A DNA stretch of 64,000 nt from Candidatus Bathyarchaeia archaeon (GCA_050015395.1 JBEKBM010000003.1:32001-96000); one strand, 5' to 3'. Positions 29,255 through 39,008 are shown, numbered from the stretch's first letter. Notes: generated by a model from the sequence alone, not told the origin. Numbers and translations are program-made.

Positions 29255-30424
29255 ATGAGACGGATTCCGACACAGTTCTTTACTCCGGTGTGCAGAAACC
29301 CCGAACTCTTGATGAGCTTTATTAGAGGTTCATACAGGGGGGTTGTTAAATCAAGACTAGATTATCGAAATGAAGATGGGAGCAGCTCTGCCCTTTGGTT
29401 GCTGAGCCTGAGAATTACGCATCGTTGTAATCACAGGTGCGCAATCTGTGCACAATGGGGACAAAACGGATACAACGCAAGAGAGGATACACCAAAAGTT
29501 ACCGGAGAAGTCCCAGTTGAAATTTACAAAAAAGTAATAGACGAAGTCGCCCCCAAAAAAGTTCACGTTTACATAACGGGCGGAGAACCTTTTCTCTACG
29601 AACCATTGGTTCCCTTGGTTAACTACATGAAACAAAAAAGACTAACGGTTCAAGTAGTAACAAACGGGGTCGGACTAGAAAAAAACGCTGAAACCATAGT
29701 TGAAAACGGATGGGACATGATTTGCGTCTCCTTCGATGGCCCAAGAGAAATTCACGACAAATGCCGAGGCGTCCCAGGCGCATTAGATACAGCAAAAAAA
29801 GGAATATTGGCGATCCAAAAAATAAAGAAACAGAAAAAAAAGACAAAACCGGGCATCTTCATTATCACAACAATCTCCAAGAACAACGAATCCACATTAC
29901 TTGACACCGTGAAAGAAGCAGAAAAACTAAGCCCTGACGGCATGACAATCTACTACTCATGGTTCACCAAAGAATGGATAGGACAAAAACACACAAAAAT
30001 AGCAGAAGAAAAGTTAGGCGTAACACCTTTCGCATGGAAAGGCTACGTCCGCGACACAACAAAATTGAACATAGACAAAATTGCTGAACAAGTACAACAA
30101 ATAAAATCTAAAAAAGCTTCCATACCCATTCTGTTTGTACCCGACCTCAAACCAGAGGAAATCCGGACGTACTATACTGAACCGGAAAATTTCTTCGGAT
30201 ACAAAAAATGTATTTCACCATGGTTCCAGTTAGACGTAATGCCAAACGGAGATACCGTCACATGTAGAGACTTTCCAGACTTCGTTACAGGAAACATTAA
30301 GGAATCAAGTATCCTCGAAATATACAATAGTGAAAAACACCGCAAATTCAGACGAGCCCTAAGAAGCTGTGACAATGGAGTTTTTCCAATATGCTCCCGA
30401 TGTTGCGGCTTGATGGGGTATTAA
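29255..30424 (+). CDS. Radical SAM / SPASM domain protein
   Basis: CNHRCAIC, TGGEP, C-terminal C..PW...NGDTVTC...GNI...CSRCCG. Confidence 0.9.
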   Translation: MRRIPTQFFTPVCRNPELLMSFIRGSYRGVVKSRLDYRNEDGSSSALWLLSLRITHRCNHRCAICAQWGQNGYNAREDTPKVTGEVPVEIYKKVIDEVAPKKVHVYITGGEPFLYEPLVPLVNYMKQKRLTVQVVTNGVGLEKNAETIVENGWDMICVSFDGPREIHDKCRGVPGALDTAKKGILAIQKIKKQKKKTKPGIFIITTISKNNESTLLDTVKEAEKLSPDGMTIYYSWFTKEWIGQKHTKIAEEKLGVTPFAWKGYVRDTTKLNIDKIAEQVQQIKSKKASIPILFVPDLKPEEIRTYYTEPENFFGYKKCISPWFQLDVMPNGDTVTCRDFPDFVTGNIKESSILEIYNSEKHRKFRRALRSCDNGVFPICSRCCGLMGY

Positions 30425-30562
30425 AAATGCTTTTCGCCTAAGAGGAGAACACATTTGACCGACCAGCTGCCGATTCAGCCAAAAAAGAGGACAGCAAGCA
30501 ACCAAAACTTTTCTATTCAAGCAAACACAAAAGATCATCAACAAAAAAATAGGTTGATCACG

Positions 30563-31297
30563 ATGGAGCCCATAGACGTTGCAATTCTCACCATGAACAG
30601 CGACCGAATGTTGAGGGAATGCATTAATTCTGTTTACAAGAACGTACCAGTTAACAACCTCATTATTATTGATGGCCACTCCACTGACACTACAGCAGAC
30701 ATAGTGAAGGAGTTCCAAGAAAAATACGGGAACGTTAGCTTCATTCAAGAAAAGGGAACAAGAGGCAGCGCTAGGCAGAAAGCAATTCAACTGGTAAAAA
30801 GTGACTGGTTCATGTTTGTCGACAGCGACGTTATCCTGTCAAAAAACTGGTTTGCCGAGGCGGAAAAACTAGTAAAAGACGACGTGGGCGCTATCTGGGG
30901 AATCGAAATTTGGTCAGTGCTAAAAGGATCGAAATTACTGAAGCTGTTTGAAAGGGTTACAATAAAAATATTCGAAAAAAGAGGCGGCACCCACGACACG
31001 TTAATTCGACGAAAAACAGTTGAAGACATCAAAATACCCTACCAGCTGCATACTTACGAGGACGGATACATCAAAGATTGGATCGGCAAAAAAGGCTACA
31101 AGGTACTAGGCGTCTATGAACCGTACTGCATCCATTTTCGTCCAGATGAAGTGTGGACAACCAGAAAACACGTCGAACTCATGGTCAGCGATCTTAAGTA
31201 CGCCGTTCACCGCCCCGTACTTATACTTTCATACGGCTTCTACGCAGCCATCGTTATTTACCAAATTGTCTCAAGCAAATTCAAGCGAACAGGCTAA
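30563..31297 (+). CDS. Glycosyltransferase family 2
   Basis: IIDGHSTDTT, FVDSD (DxD). Confidence 0.85.
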   Translation: MEPIDVAILTMNSDRMLRECINSVYKNVPVNNLIIIDGHSTDTTADIVKEFQEKYGNVSFIQEKGTRGSARQKAIQLVKSDWFMFVDSDVILSKNWFAEAEKLVKDDVGAIWGIEIWSVLKGSKLLKLFERVTIKIFEKRGGTHDTLIRRKTVEDIKIPYQLHTYEDGYIKDWIGKKGYKVLGVYEPYCIHFRPDEVWTTRKHVELMVSDLKYAVHRPVLILSYGFYAAIVIYQIVSSKFKRTG

Positions 31298-31486
31298 AAA
31301 GCAAACAGAGGTGGCTTCTCGCCATCGATGATTTTGGCAACAAGGTCGAAAAAACCGTAGCTCAAAAAGGGCTAAGATTAGAAAAGACTTTTCGCTTTAA
31401 GCCTTATTTACGGTCATGGTATTGTGTGGTTTCTCAAAAATATTTCAGGAAATAGTGAGTGAGCATAAAAAACGCTACTTTATTAG

Positions 31487-32068
31487 CTATTTCACTGTCA
31501 CTTTATGCTTTTTAGGTGCGGGTGCAATCGTCTTCTTTGGGATGGAGACTTCGAGTAATCCGTCCTTAAATGTGGATTCAGCTTTCTCAGGGATTACTTC
31601 TTCTGGGAACGACAGTTGTTTGTAAATATGCGAGTAAACGCGTTCTCTGACAACAAAGTTCTTCTCCGTATCTTCTGTTTCAACATCTGTTTCGGCCGAG
31701 ATTTCAATACCATCCGTCGTCAGGGCTACGTCGATCTTGTCTTTAGCTACGCCAGGCATCTCAGCATGCACCACAAACTTGTTTCCCTCATCAACCAGAT
31801 CTACAGTTGCCTCACGAACCGGAACTGTAGGTTCAAGACTTATCCATTCAAATGGAAAAGCTATACTTTCAATGAAATTTTTGCGAAAATTATCCATTAA
31901 ATCGTCAAAGGTCGTCAAAACATGAACCGCAGGAACTTGTTTGGCAGAAATACGTTTAGCAGGAACTTTGGCAAGAACGGGTTTAGCAAGAACATGCTTT
32001 ACAGGTTTTACTGCGATTTCAGATTTTGCAATCGCCTTCACCGGCGCTTTTTTTTGTTCTTCACTCAT
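31487..32068 (-). CDS. Hsp20 / alpha-crystallin small heat shock protein
   Basis: VDLVD...AEMPGV...FKDGLLEVSIPK. Confidence 0.9.
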   Translation of the reverse strand: MSEEQKKAPVKAIAKSEIAVKPVKHVLAKPVLAKVPAKRISAKQVPAVHVLTTFDDLMDNFRKNFIESIAFPFEWISLEPTVPVREATVDLVDEGNKFVVHAEMPGVAKDKIDVALTTDGIEISAETDVETEDTEKNFVVRERVYSHIYKQLSFPEEVIPEKAESTFKDGLLEVSIPKKTIAPAPKKHKVTVK

Positions 32069-32206
32069 TTTTTTCACCTCGATTAATTTATTATTAGAAT
32101 CCTAAGAATACGATAATCAACTGTTGCCTTATTTTTGGATCGACGCAGTCCTCTTTTATGTTGTTGCCGCCGTTTTATTCCGGCGCGGGAAAAGAGACTT
32201 TAGGGC

Positions 32207-32350
32207 CTATTCTTTCTGGGCAATCCACGTTTTTATTGCTTCTTCGACAGCTTTGGACAAGTCGCCTTTTTTCCCGCCGAACCTCTCGACCGTTTGTAAT
32301 CTGAGCTGCTTTTCCAACTCATTCGGGAGATCCACAGTAATTCGACCCAT
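32207..32350 (-). CDS. Small RHH-type DNA-binding protein (47 aa, not in ORF track)
   Basis: MGRITVDLPNELEKQLRLQTVERFGGKKGDLSKAVEEAIKTWI; GGTGA SD. Confidence 0.75.
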   Translation of the reverse strand: MGRITVDLPNELEKQLRLQTVERFGGKKGDLSKAVEEAIKTWIAQKE

Positions 32351-32625
32351 ATTTAATCACCAACATAGTTTTTTTGTTGTACGGTTCCACGTGTCAAGCG
32401 TTCTTCCAATAAGCGAACTGCCGGACTCCGAATTTTATTTTTGTTTGAGCTATCACTTTTCATTCACCTTTTCCGCTTATTGGCTTATCGACATAATCTA
32501 CTATGTGCTTACGCACTTATATAGGTATTGGCTCAACCTAATTCTTGCTGAAAGAAGCCAGATGAACCAAACCTCAGAAACTCCAGAAACTCGCCAGCGA
32601 GAACCACCAAATGATTTGAATATAA

Positions 32626-32653
32626 TGATGCAGGAGGTGGGATTCGAACCCTC
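32626..32653 (-). repeat. Partial copy of tRNA-Leu 3' end (att-like)
   Basis: tgatgcaggaggtgggattcgaaccctc vs tggtgcagggggtgggatttgaacccac (24/28). Confidence 0.65.
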
Positions 32654-32976
32654 ACCATGCTGGAGATATCACCCGCAAACCCCTTTTTTTCTGCTTTACC
32701 ATGAATTTCAGCTCTCCTCATTTCGCAAGTGAAATCCGGATGCATAAATCAAAGCAGTCACGGATCTCAACGGGAATCCTGAGAAGGCTTTCAAAGGAAC
32801 TCGTGGGAAAACTTTGTTGTCCATCTCAAGAAACAAAATCATAAGGGGACATGATAGTTTTTGGAATATGATAACTTACTTTGATGCTTAACGCGGCGCG
32901 GTAAAACCCTGATTACTCCTGTATCGACATCTCTTGAAGTGAAGCAAGCCCTCAAAAAGCGGATTAGAAATCCTGT

Positions 32977-33900
32977 CTACTTTATCCTTTTTGAGCAGTA
33001 TGGACAGATGTTCACGTCATCTCTAACAGTTCGTTTGCAATGTTGGCATACCCTTGTAAAGTGCGGCTGTTGAATATTAGTTGCCGGCCGATTAATGTTC
33101 GAGGGCTGATATGGCTGATAGGGCTGGTTAATCTTTGAGGGTTGATAGGACTGATAGGGCCGATTAATGTTCGAGGGCTGATAGGGCTTATAGGGCTGAT
33201 AAGGCCGATTAATGTTCGAGGGCTGATATGGCTGATAGGGCCGATTAATGTTCGAGGGCGCGTTAGACGTCATTGACGGAGTTGACGGCCTCGGCTCGTA
33301 ACGTGAGGCTTCCTCATATGGTAACGGTTTTTGTCTGCCGCGCATTACGTATACGGCAGTCATAAAAACAGCGAATGCTATCACAACTGCGGTTATGGCG
33401 ATCGCTAGCGGTGACCAAAATCCGCTGCTGCTCACGGTGACGGGGACATACGGGGTGCTAAACCCTGTTGATCCTGTTGATCCTGTGGACCCTGTGGGTG
33501 TCGCTGTGGGTGTCGCTGTGGGTGTTGGAGCTGTCCCTTGGGTGACGGTAAATGTTGCTGTGGCAACGCCTGTGGACCCCGTAGCGGTAATAGTATACGT
33601 GCCGGGAGATACTGACGGAACTGTGAATTCCTCGTATGCAATACCAATTGCACCTCCTGGTGGTGATATCACGTTTGCTGTCCCGACGTTTGTTGTGTCA
33701 AAGGTGATGCTTACTGAGGAGGATGTAAGGAACCCATTTATCGAGGCCATCACCGTCGTGCCTGCAGGACCCGTGGAAGGACTCAACGTTATGGACTGGG
33801 ACTGGGTTTGTGCCTTCGCCATTGGCGTTATTATTACTGCTAAAGTTAATATGCTTAGAAAAAGTAGAATAAGCGTTGCTTTGCTAAACCTTTTCTCCAT
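32977..33900 (-). CDS. Surface protein: signal peptide, Ig/IPT-like domain, PT linker, TM, PYQPSNINR repeats, zinc ribbon
   Basis: ITLSPSTGPAGTTV...GTYTITAT; TM helix; tandem peptide repeats; CQHC...CPYC. Confidence 0.8.
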   Translation of the reverse strand: MEKRFSKATLILLFLSILTLAVIITPMAKAQTQSQSITLSPSTGPAGTTVMASINGFLTSSSVSITFDTTNVGTANVISPPGGAIGIAYEEFTVPSVSPGTYTITATGSTGVATATFTVTQGTAPTPTATPTATPTGSTGSTGSTGFSTPYVPVTVSSSGFWSPLAIAITAVVIAFAVFMTAVYVMRGRQKPLPYEEASRYEPRPSTPSMTSNAPSNINRPYQPYQPSNINRPYQPYKPYQPSNINRPYQSYQPSKINQPYQPYQPSNINRPATNIQQPHFTRVCQHCKRTVRDDVNICPYCSKRIK

Positions 33901-34217
33901 ATCAATAAAACACTTTTGCAATGCAATCATACCTCTCCAAAATTATGTTGTCTTCTCGTAGATATAAGATTTGGCACGCTTCGGTGCGTAAAGTTTTTTA
34001 TCTTTTGAGAGCAGGATACGATAATTGGTGTCTTGTTTTTGCGGTGTCTCTTGGGCAGCTGAATTGCTGTGTTGAGATGTGTTGTCTTTTTCTCCGTGGT
34101 GTTGGAGGAGCGACCTAAGAGGCGCTCTGAGCCTTGAGCGAAATTGAGCAAAAAACCGAGCAAAACCATCATCAGACCCCGAGCCGTTGAGCGTAGAAAC
34201 AACCTTTTTGCTTATGT

Positions 34218-34305
34218 TGGTGCAGGGGGTGGGATTTGAACCCACGAACGCCTACGCGATAGGGTCCTAAGCCCTACTCCGTTGACCAGGCTTGGAGACC
34301 CCTGC
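34218..34305 (-). tRNA. tRNA-Leu(UAG)
   Basis: GCAGGGG/CCCCTGC acceptor, TAGGG-CTTAGGA-CCCTA anticodon arm, long variable arm, GGTTCAAATCC, encoded CCA. Confidence 0.95.
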
Positions 34306-34453
34306 AACTTGTTTATGCGAGTTTATTTTGCTTTCAAGACGAGGTAATCTTTGTACTAACTAATTAATATGAAGCTTTTCCTCAGTTCAGTAGATCCGTA
34401 AGTGGGTTAGCTTTGTGTGCTCTACTTCCTACGGGTAGGTGTAGTTATATACG

Positions 34454-34479
34454 TTTTGACGGTACATTTTGACGGTACA
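34454..34479. repeat. Exact 13-bp tandem repeat TTTTGACGGTACA
   Basis: Two adjacent copies between the divergent tRNA genes. Confidence 0.8.
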
Positions 34480-34758
34480 GTTGGGCTGGCGGTAAAGTTT
34501 GAGTGGTTTCTTGGCTTGGATTGCTCGGGCTTATGCAGGTGAACAGTCTTCGGCGTCGTTGAAGGCTTTCAAGCAGCCTTAAGCTGGCTTGCAACTATGC
34601 TTAGCAAGTAAAAAACGTTATAGCCAAGCAGGTGCCAGACACTTTCGGAACTACCGCAGTTGCAAGAGTTAATTGACTTGCAACATTGCTGTTTGCCGCA
34701 GGTTTAACCGTAAGCATTTTATTGCCAAGAAGCAGTTCTTTCACGGGAACACCCTTGA

Positions 34759-34835
34759 GCCTCGGTAGCCTAGCCCGGTGGGGCGTTACCTTGGTAAGGT
34801 AATGGTCGCGGGTCCAAATCCCGCTCGAGGCTCCA
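34759..34835 (+). tRNA. tRNA-Thr(GGU)
   Basis: GCCTCGG/TCGAGGC acceptor, TTACC-TTGGTAA-GGTAA anticodon arm, T-loop TCCAAAT, encoded CCA. Confidence 0.9.
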
Positions 34836-34844
34836 ATTCCACGC

Positions 34845-35069
34845 TTACTTTTCCGTTAATTCACGGAATTCTTCTTTGGTTAAACCCGCCTGCTGTATGA
34901 TTGCGAGCAGGGTGCCTTTCTTTATAGGGTCATGGCGGGGAACGGTGAGTTTGTGTTTTCCATCGGTTAAAAATATGTGGCTTCCTTTTTGACCAACAAC
35001 TTTGAATCCAGCTTTGTTGAGCGCTTTAATGACCTTTTGCCAGGAAGCGGAGGATAGCTTTTCAGACAG
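34845..35069 (-). CDS. hicA: HicA family toxin (CTG start; not in ORF track)
   Basis: (M)SEKLSSASWQKVIKALNKAGFKVVGQKGSHIFL...TVPRHDPIKKGTLLAIIQQAG; in-frame TAA immediately before the CTG. Confidence 0.88.
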   Translation of the reverse strand: MSEKLSSASWQKVIKALNKAGFKVVGQKGSHIFLTDGKHKLTVPRHDPIKKGTLLAIIQQAGLTKEEFRELTEK

Positions 35070-35286
35070 TTATTTCCACTAGCTCTCTTTTTCGCTTAAG
35101 CTGGTCAAGTTCTTCGGGGAACGCTTCCAGATAACCTTCGATGGCTTCTTTTATGTTGGAAAGGGCTTCTTTACGGTTTTCTCCTTGACTGATTGCTCCG
35201 GGAAGTTCCACACATTGTGCAGAGTATCCGCCTTCTGGTTCCTCCCTAAGAATTACTGTAAACTTTCTACCTTTAATTTCCACCAT
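35062..35286 (-). CDS. hicB: HicB family antitoxin
   Basis: GGYSAQCVELPGAISQGENRKEALSNIKEAIEGYL. Confidence 0.9.
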   Translation of the reverse strand: MVEIKGRKFTVILREEPEGGYSAQCVELPGAISQGENRKEALSNIKEAIEGYLEAFPEELDQLKRKRELVEITV

Positions 35287-35403
35287 AAATTCTCCTCTTA
35301 TCATAAAAGACATAGTCTAAACGATATAAACTTTGACGCTAAAAAAATAGTATAGCCGCTTCTTGAAAAACAAATTCGGTGTCTGAAGAGAATTGTATGT
35401 TAT

Positions 35404-35449
35404 CTTGGTAAGGTAATGGTCGCGGGTCCAAATCCCGCCGAAGGCTCCA
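35404..35449 (+). repeat. 3' half of tRNA-Thr (att-like copy 1)
   Basis: CTTGGTAAGGTAATGGTCGCGGGTCCAAATCCCGCCGAAGGCTCCA, near-identical to 34790-34835. Confidence 0.9.
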
Positions 35450-35522
35450 TCCGCCTGCCTTCCATAATTAACTTGAGTGCAAGCAAAAATGCATATATAT
35501 GCATATGTGCATAAAATCATGT

Positions 35523-35753
35523 ATGACCAAAGTTATATCCCTCTCGAACGAGGCGTACCAAACTCTGAAGGATTCCAAGAAACCTGGGGAGTCTTTTTCA
35601 GATGTTGTTTTAAGGGTCGTTAAAACGAAAAAAAAGAAGTCGCTACTGGAGTTTTCAGGCAAATGGGCAGGCAACGATATAGACGAAGTGTTTGCGCAGA
35701 TAAAGAAAGATAGAGAGCAATCAGCTTCTCGGCAGGTCGACCTGTTCAAGTGA
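35523..35753 (+). CDS. vapB: VapB-type antitoxin
   Basis: MTKVISLSNEAYQTL..K.PGESFSDVVLR. Confidence 0.85.
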   Translation: MTKVISLSNEAYQTLKDSKKPGESFSDVVLRVVKTKKKKSLLEFSGKWAGNDIDEVFAQIKKDREQSASRQVDLFK

Positions 35754-36139
35754 TCCTTGACACAGATTTATTGATTGCTTTACTGAAAGGAGAGACAGAA
35801 GCAAATAAAGCAATGGAACGGTTGGATGAGAATGGCAAACGAGTTGCAACTACAATACTCACGGCATATGAACTTTTGAGAGGAGCATACATTTCATCTA
35901 AACCAGAAAAAAACTTGGCTGAGGTTCATGAGTTGCTATCTAACATAGAGGTTTTAGATTTGACGTTGCAAGCGTGCGAAGAAACCTCTAAGATTTATCG
36001 AGACCTCCGGAAAGCTGGCTGCTTGATTGGCGAATTCGACACTTTGATAGCTGCAATAGCGAAAACGCATGCTGAGACACTTATGACAAGAGATGAACAT
36101 TTCACTCTTATTCGAGGAATAAATGTAGAAGAATGGTAA
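35750..36139 (+). CDS. vapC: VapC PIN-domain toxin
   Basis: MILDTDLLI, AYELLRG, FDTLIAA, TRDEHF. Confidence 0.92.
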   Translation: MILDTDLLIALLKGETEANKAMERLDENGKRVATTILTAYELLRGAYISSKPEKNLAEVHELLSNIEVLDLTLQACEETSKIYRDLRKAGCLIGEFDTLIAAIAKTHAETLMTRDEHFTLIRGINVEEW

Positions 36140-36158
36140 ACGTCGTTTCCTGTTGTTG

Positions 36159-36186
36159 GGTAAGGTAATGTTCGCGGGTCCAAATT
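36159..36186 (+). repeat. Truncated 3' part of tRNA-Thr (att-like copy 2)
   Basis: GGTAAGGTAATGTTCGCGGGTCCAAAT. Confidence 0.8.
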
Positions 36187-36429
36187 GAAGTCATTTTTTT
36201 TTAACCAAATTCACCCGTTTTGCCCTGTGAAAACAATAATCCAGACGCTAAATAAAAAAAGCAACTTAAAATAACCCTGACTAAAAGCGTCTACCTATAG
36301 ACCTACCCTGCTATTTGTAGCAAAAAAACAGCACAAAAAGCAACAACCGCAAAAATCGAAACAAAACCCATTCACGTTTCGAAACGTATAAGAGAAAAAC
36401 TCTGTTTCTCAAATAGCGAAGGCTCAACC

Positions 36430-38712
36430 TTGCGAGTAAAACTCAACGTCACCGGTATTGTTCAAGGCGTCGGTTTCCGCCCATTCATCTACCGCTTAGC
36501 CACAAAAAACGGCTTGGCAGGGTACGTTCGCAACAGGGGCGACGCTGGAGTAGAAATCCTCTTGGAAGGAGACGCGCAACGCATCAAGAGTTTTATGCAT
36601 GACTTAACTGAGAAAAAGCCGCCCTTAGCCCAAATTGATGCGGTTAAGTCTACTGAGCTTTCAGGCAAAAATCAACATGACAAATTCACGATTTATAAGA
36701 GTTCTGAGGAAGCGGAGTTTTCAGGCTCAATTATACCGCCGGACATCGCCATATGTAACGAGTGCCTAGCGGAGCTGCGCGACCCAAAAAACCCGCGTTA
36801 CGAATACTTCTTTATCACCTGCACCAATTGCGGGCCACGCTTCACAATCATCGAACGATTGCCCTACGACCGAGAAAACACCACTATGCGGGAGTTTCCC
36901 CTGTGCGGCTTCTGCCAAAAAGAATACAATGACCCAGCAAACAGGCGGTTTCACGCGCAAACCGTGGCTTGTCCAGAATGCGGTCCAAAAGCCTACTTAA
37001 CAACAAGAACTGGCGAACCAATCAAAGCTAAAGACCCAGTACGTGAAGCGGGAAAACTGTTATCCGAAGGCAATGTGCTTGCAATAAAAGGCTATGGCGG
37101 CTTCCACATTGCAGCATCAACCATGCAAGAGAAGCCTCTGGCGGCGCTTCGAACAACGAAGCATAGGCGCGAAAAACCCTTCGCAATCATGACAAAAAGT
37201 CTTGGGGCAGCAAAAAGTTTCGCCGAAGTAAGTTCGAAGGAGCAAGAACTGCTATCTTCCCCTGCACGCCCAATAGTACTGCTAAACAAAAGCGCCAGTT
37301 ACAATCTTTCACCTTTGGTTGCGCCGAACCTGCACAACGTCGGCGTCATGCTGCCCTACACTGGCTTGCACTACATGCTTTTTGACCGTGTTGATGACTT
37401 GGCGTTTGTGATGACAAGCGCCAACCCGCCAAACCAGCCAATCGTGAACGACAACACTGAAGCACTCAAAACATTAGGCAGCACAGTGGATTATTTCCTG
37501 TTTCACAACCGCAACATTGCCCACCGATGCGACGACTCAGTCATGCGCGTTCATGGTAGTCGCCAAGTGTTTCTTAGGCGAAGCCGAGGTTACGCTCCAG
37601 CACCAATCAGGCTCAAAGCTAAATCAAAACGGTGCGTCGTCGGTTTAGGCGGCGAACTAAACAACACAGCCTGCGTATTGCTTGATGACAAAGCCTTCAT
37701 CAGCCAACACATCGGCGACGTAGAAAACGTCGAAACACGAGCTTTCCTTCAAGAAGCCGCAAATCACCTCTACCAGTTAACCAACTGCCATGCCGAAATC
37801 GTGGTTTGCGATTTGCACCCGAAATTCACCACTACTGCTTTAGCCCAAGAGATGGCGGAAGCGGACGGTTCACCGCTGATTCAGGTGCAACATCACCACG
37901 CGCACGCCGCCGCTTTAATGGCAGAGCACAACTTAGAAGAGGCTGTTACTGTTGTTTGCGACGGGTACGGCTACGGCACGGCTGGCGAGGCTTGGGGCGG
38001 CGAAATCTTGTTTTGCACGCGTGAGTCGGCGGAGTTTAAGCGGCTTGGGCATCTGGAACCGCAACCATTGCTTGGTGGAGATGTGGCTAGCCGTTACCCC
38101 TTGCGTGTAGCCGCTGGAATGCTCGCTAAAGCTGGCGTAGAGGTTGAGCCTTGGCTGATGCAGAACAGTGCGCATTTGCCTTTCGGCGAAACTGAAGCCA
38201 ACCTGATTATTGGCCAACTTGCAAAAGGCTTTGGAACGGTTGAAACTACGAGTTGCGGCAGAGTTTTAGACGCGGTTGCTGCCGTTTTAGGCGTATGTTA
38301 CGAGCGCAGTTATGAGGGTGAGCCAGCCATGAAACTGGAATCAGCCGCGGTAAATGGCAAAGATGTTTTGAACCTAAAGCCAATCTTGCATGGAGGCATG
38401 CTGGATACTACGACCATGCTGAGATCAATCTTTGAAAACAAAGAGAACTTATCCATAGGCGATTTAGCTTATTCTGCTCATGCTTACTTGGCAAAAGGTT
38501 TAGCTTCTTTAGCGGTAGAGAAAGCTTTGGTGCTAGGCGTTAGAGACGTTGGCTTTTCGGGTGGCGCTGCCTGCAACCAGATACTTGCTAAAGTCATGCG
38601 TGAGATTGTTGAGGAGGCTGGGCTGTGGTTTCTGGTTCATGAGGCTGTTCCAGCTGGGGACGGGGGAGTTTCGTTCGGTCAGGCAGTTGTAGGTGGATTT
38701 TCACGGTTTTAG
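36430..38712 (+). CDS. hypF: Hydrogenase maturation carbamoyltransferase
   Basis: GIVQGVGFRPF, twin Zn fingers, DLHP, QHHHAH, GDGGVSFGQ. Confidence 0.96.
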   Translation: MRVKLNVTGIVQGVGFRPFIYRLATKNGLAGYVRNRGDAGVEILLEGDAQRIKSFMHDLTEKKPPLAQIDAVKSTELSGKNQHDKFTIYKSSEEAEFSGSIIPPDIAICNECLAELRDPKNPRYEYFFITCTNCGPRFTIIERLPYDRENTTMREFPLCGFCQKEYNDPANRRFHAQTVACPECGPKAYLTTRTGEPIKAKDPVREAGKLLSEGNVLAIKGYGGFHIAASTMQEKPLAALRTTKHRREKPFAIMTKSLGAAKSFAEVSSKEQELLSSPARPIVLLNKSASYNLSPLVAPNLHNVGVMLPYTGLHYMLFDRVDDLAFVMTSANPPNQPIVNDNTEALKTLGSTVDYFLFHNRNIAHRCDDSVMRVHGSRQVFLRRSRGYAPAPIRLKAKSKRCVVGLGGELNNTACVLLDDKAFISQHIGDVENVETRAFLQEAANHLYQLTNCHAEIVVCDLHPKFTTTALAQEMAEADGSPLIQVQHHHAHAAALMAEHNLEEAVTVVCDGYGYGTAGEAWGGEILFCTRESAEFKRLGHLEPQPLLGGDVASRYPLRVAAGMLAKAGVEVEPWLMQNSAHLPFGETEANLIIGQLAKGFGTVETTSCGRVLDAVAAVLGVCYERSYEGEPAMKLESAAVNGKDVLNLKPILHGGMLDTTTMLRSIFENKENLSIGDLAYSAHAYLAKGLASLAVEKALVLGVRDVGFSGGAACNQILAKVMREIVEEAGLWFLVHEAVPAGDGGVSFGQAVVGGFSRF

Positions 38713-38762
38713 ACCAATTTCTTTTTATCGCCGTTCTATGCGTGCTTAATAATTGATAGAGT

Positions 38763-38987
38763 ATGTGTTTAGCAATTCCCGCCAAAGTAATGAATGTTGA
38801 CGGCAGCAAAGCCAACGTGGATTTCGGTCAAGGCGTGCTTCGGGAAGTTAACGTGTCGCTTGTTGAGGCTAAAGTGGGCGATTACGTTCTGGTTCACGCT
38901 GGCTACGCTATTCAAGTTATCGAAGAAAAAGAAGCCTTAGAAACCCTGAGCTTATGGAATAGCATTCTTGAAGCTACCCCACAATAA
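38763..38987 (+). CDS. hypC: Hydrogenase maturation chaperone
   Basis: MCLAIPAKV, GDYVLVHAGYA. Confidence 0.96.
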   Translation: MCLAIPAKVMNVDGSKANVDFGQGVLREVNVSLVEAKVGDYVLVHAGYAIQVIEEKEALETLSLWNSILEATPQ

Positions 38988-39008
38988 AGCAGCAGGTGAG
39001 CGATAGGC

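Noticed and set aside
33083-33258. CRISPR array
   Set aside because: Repeats are in-frame coding units with short repetitive spacers; no cas operon.
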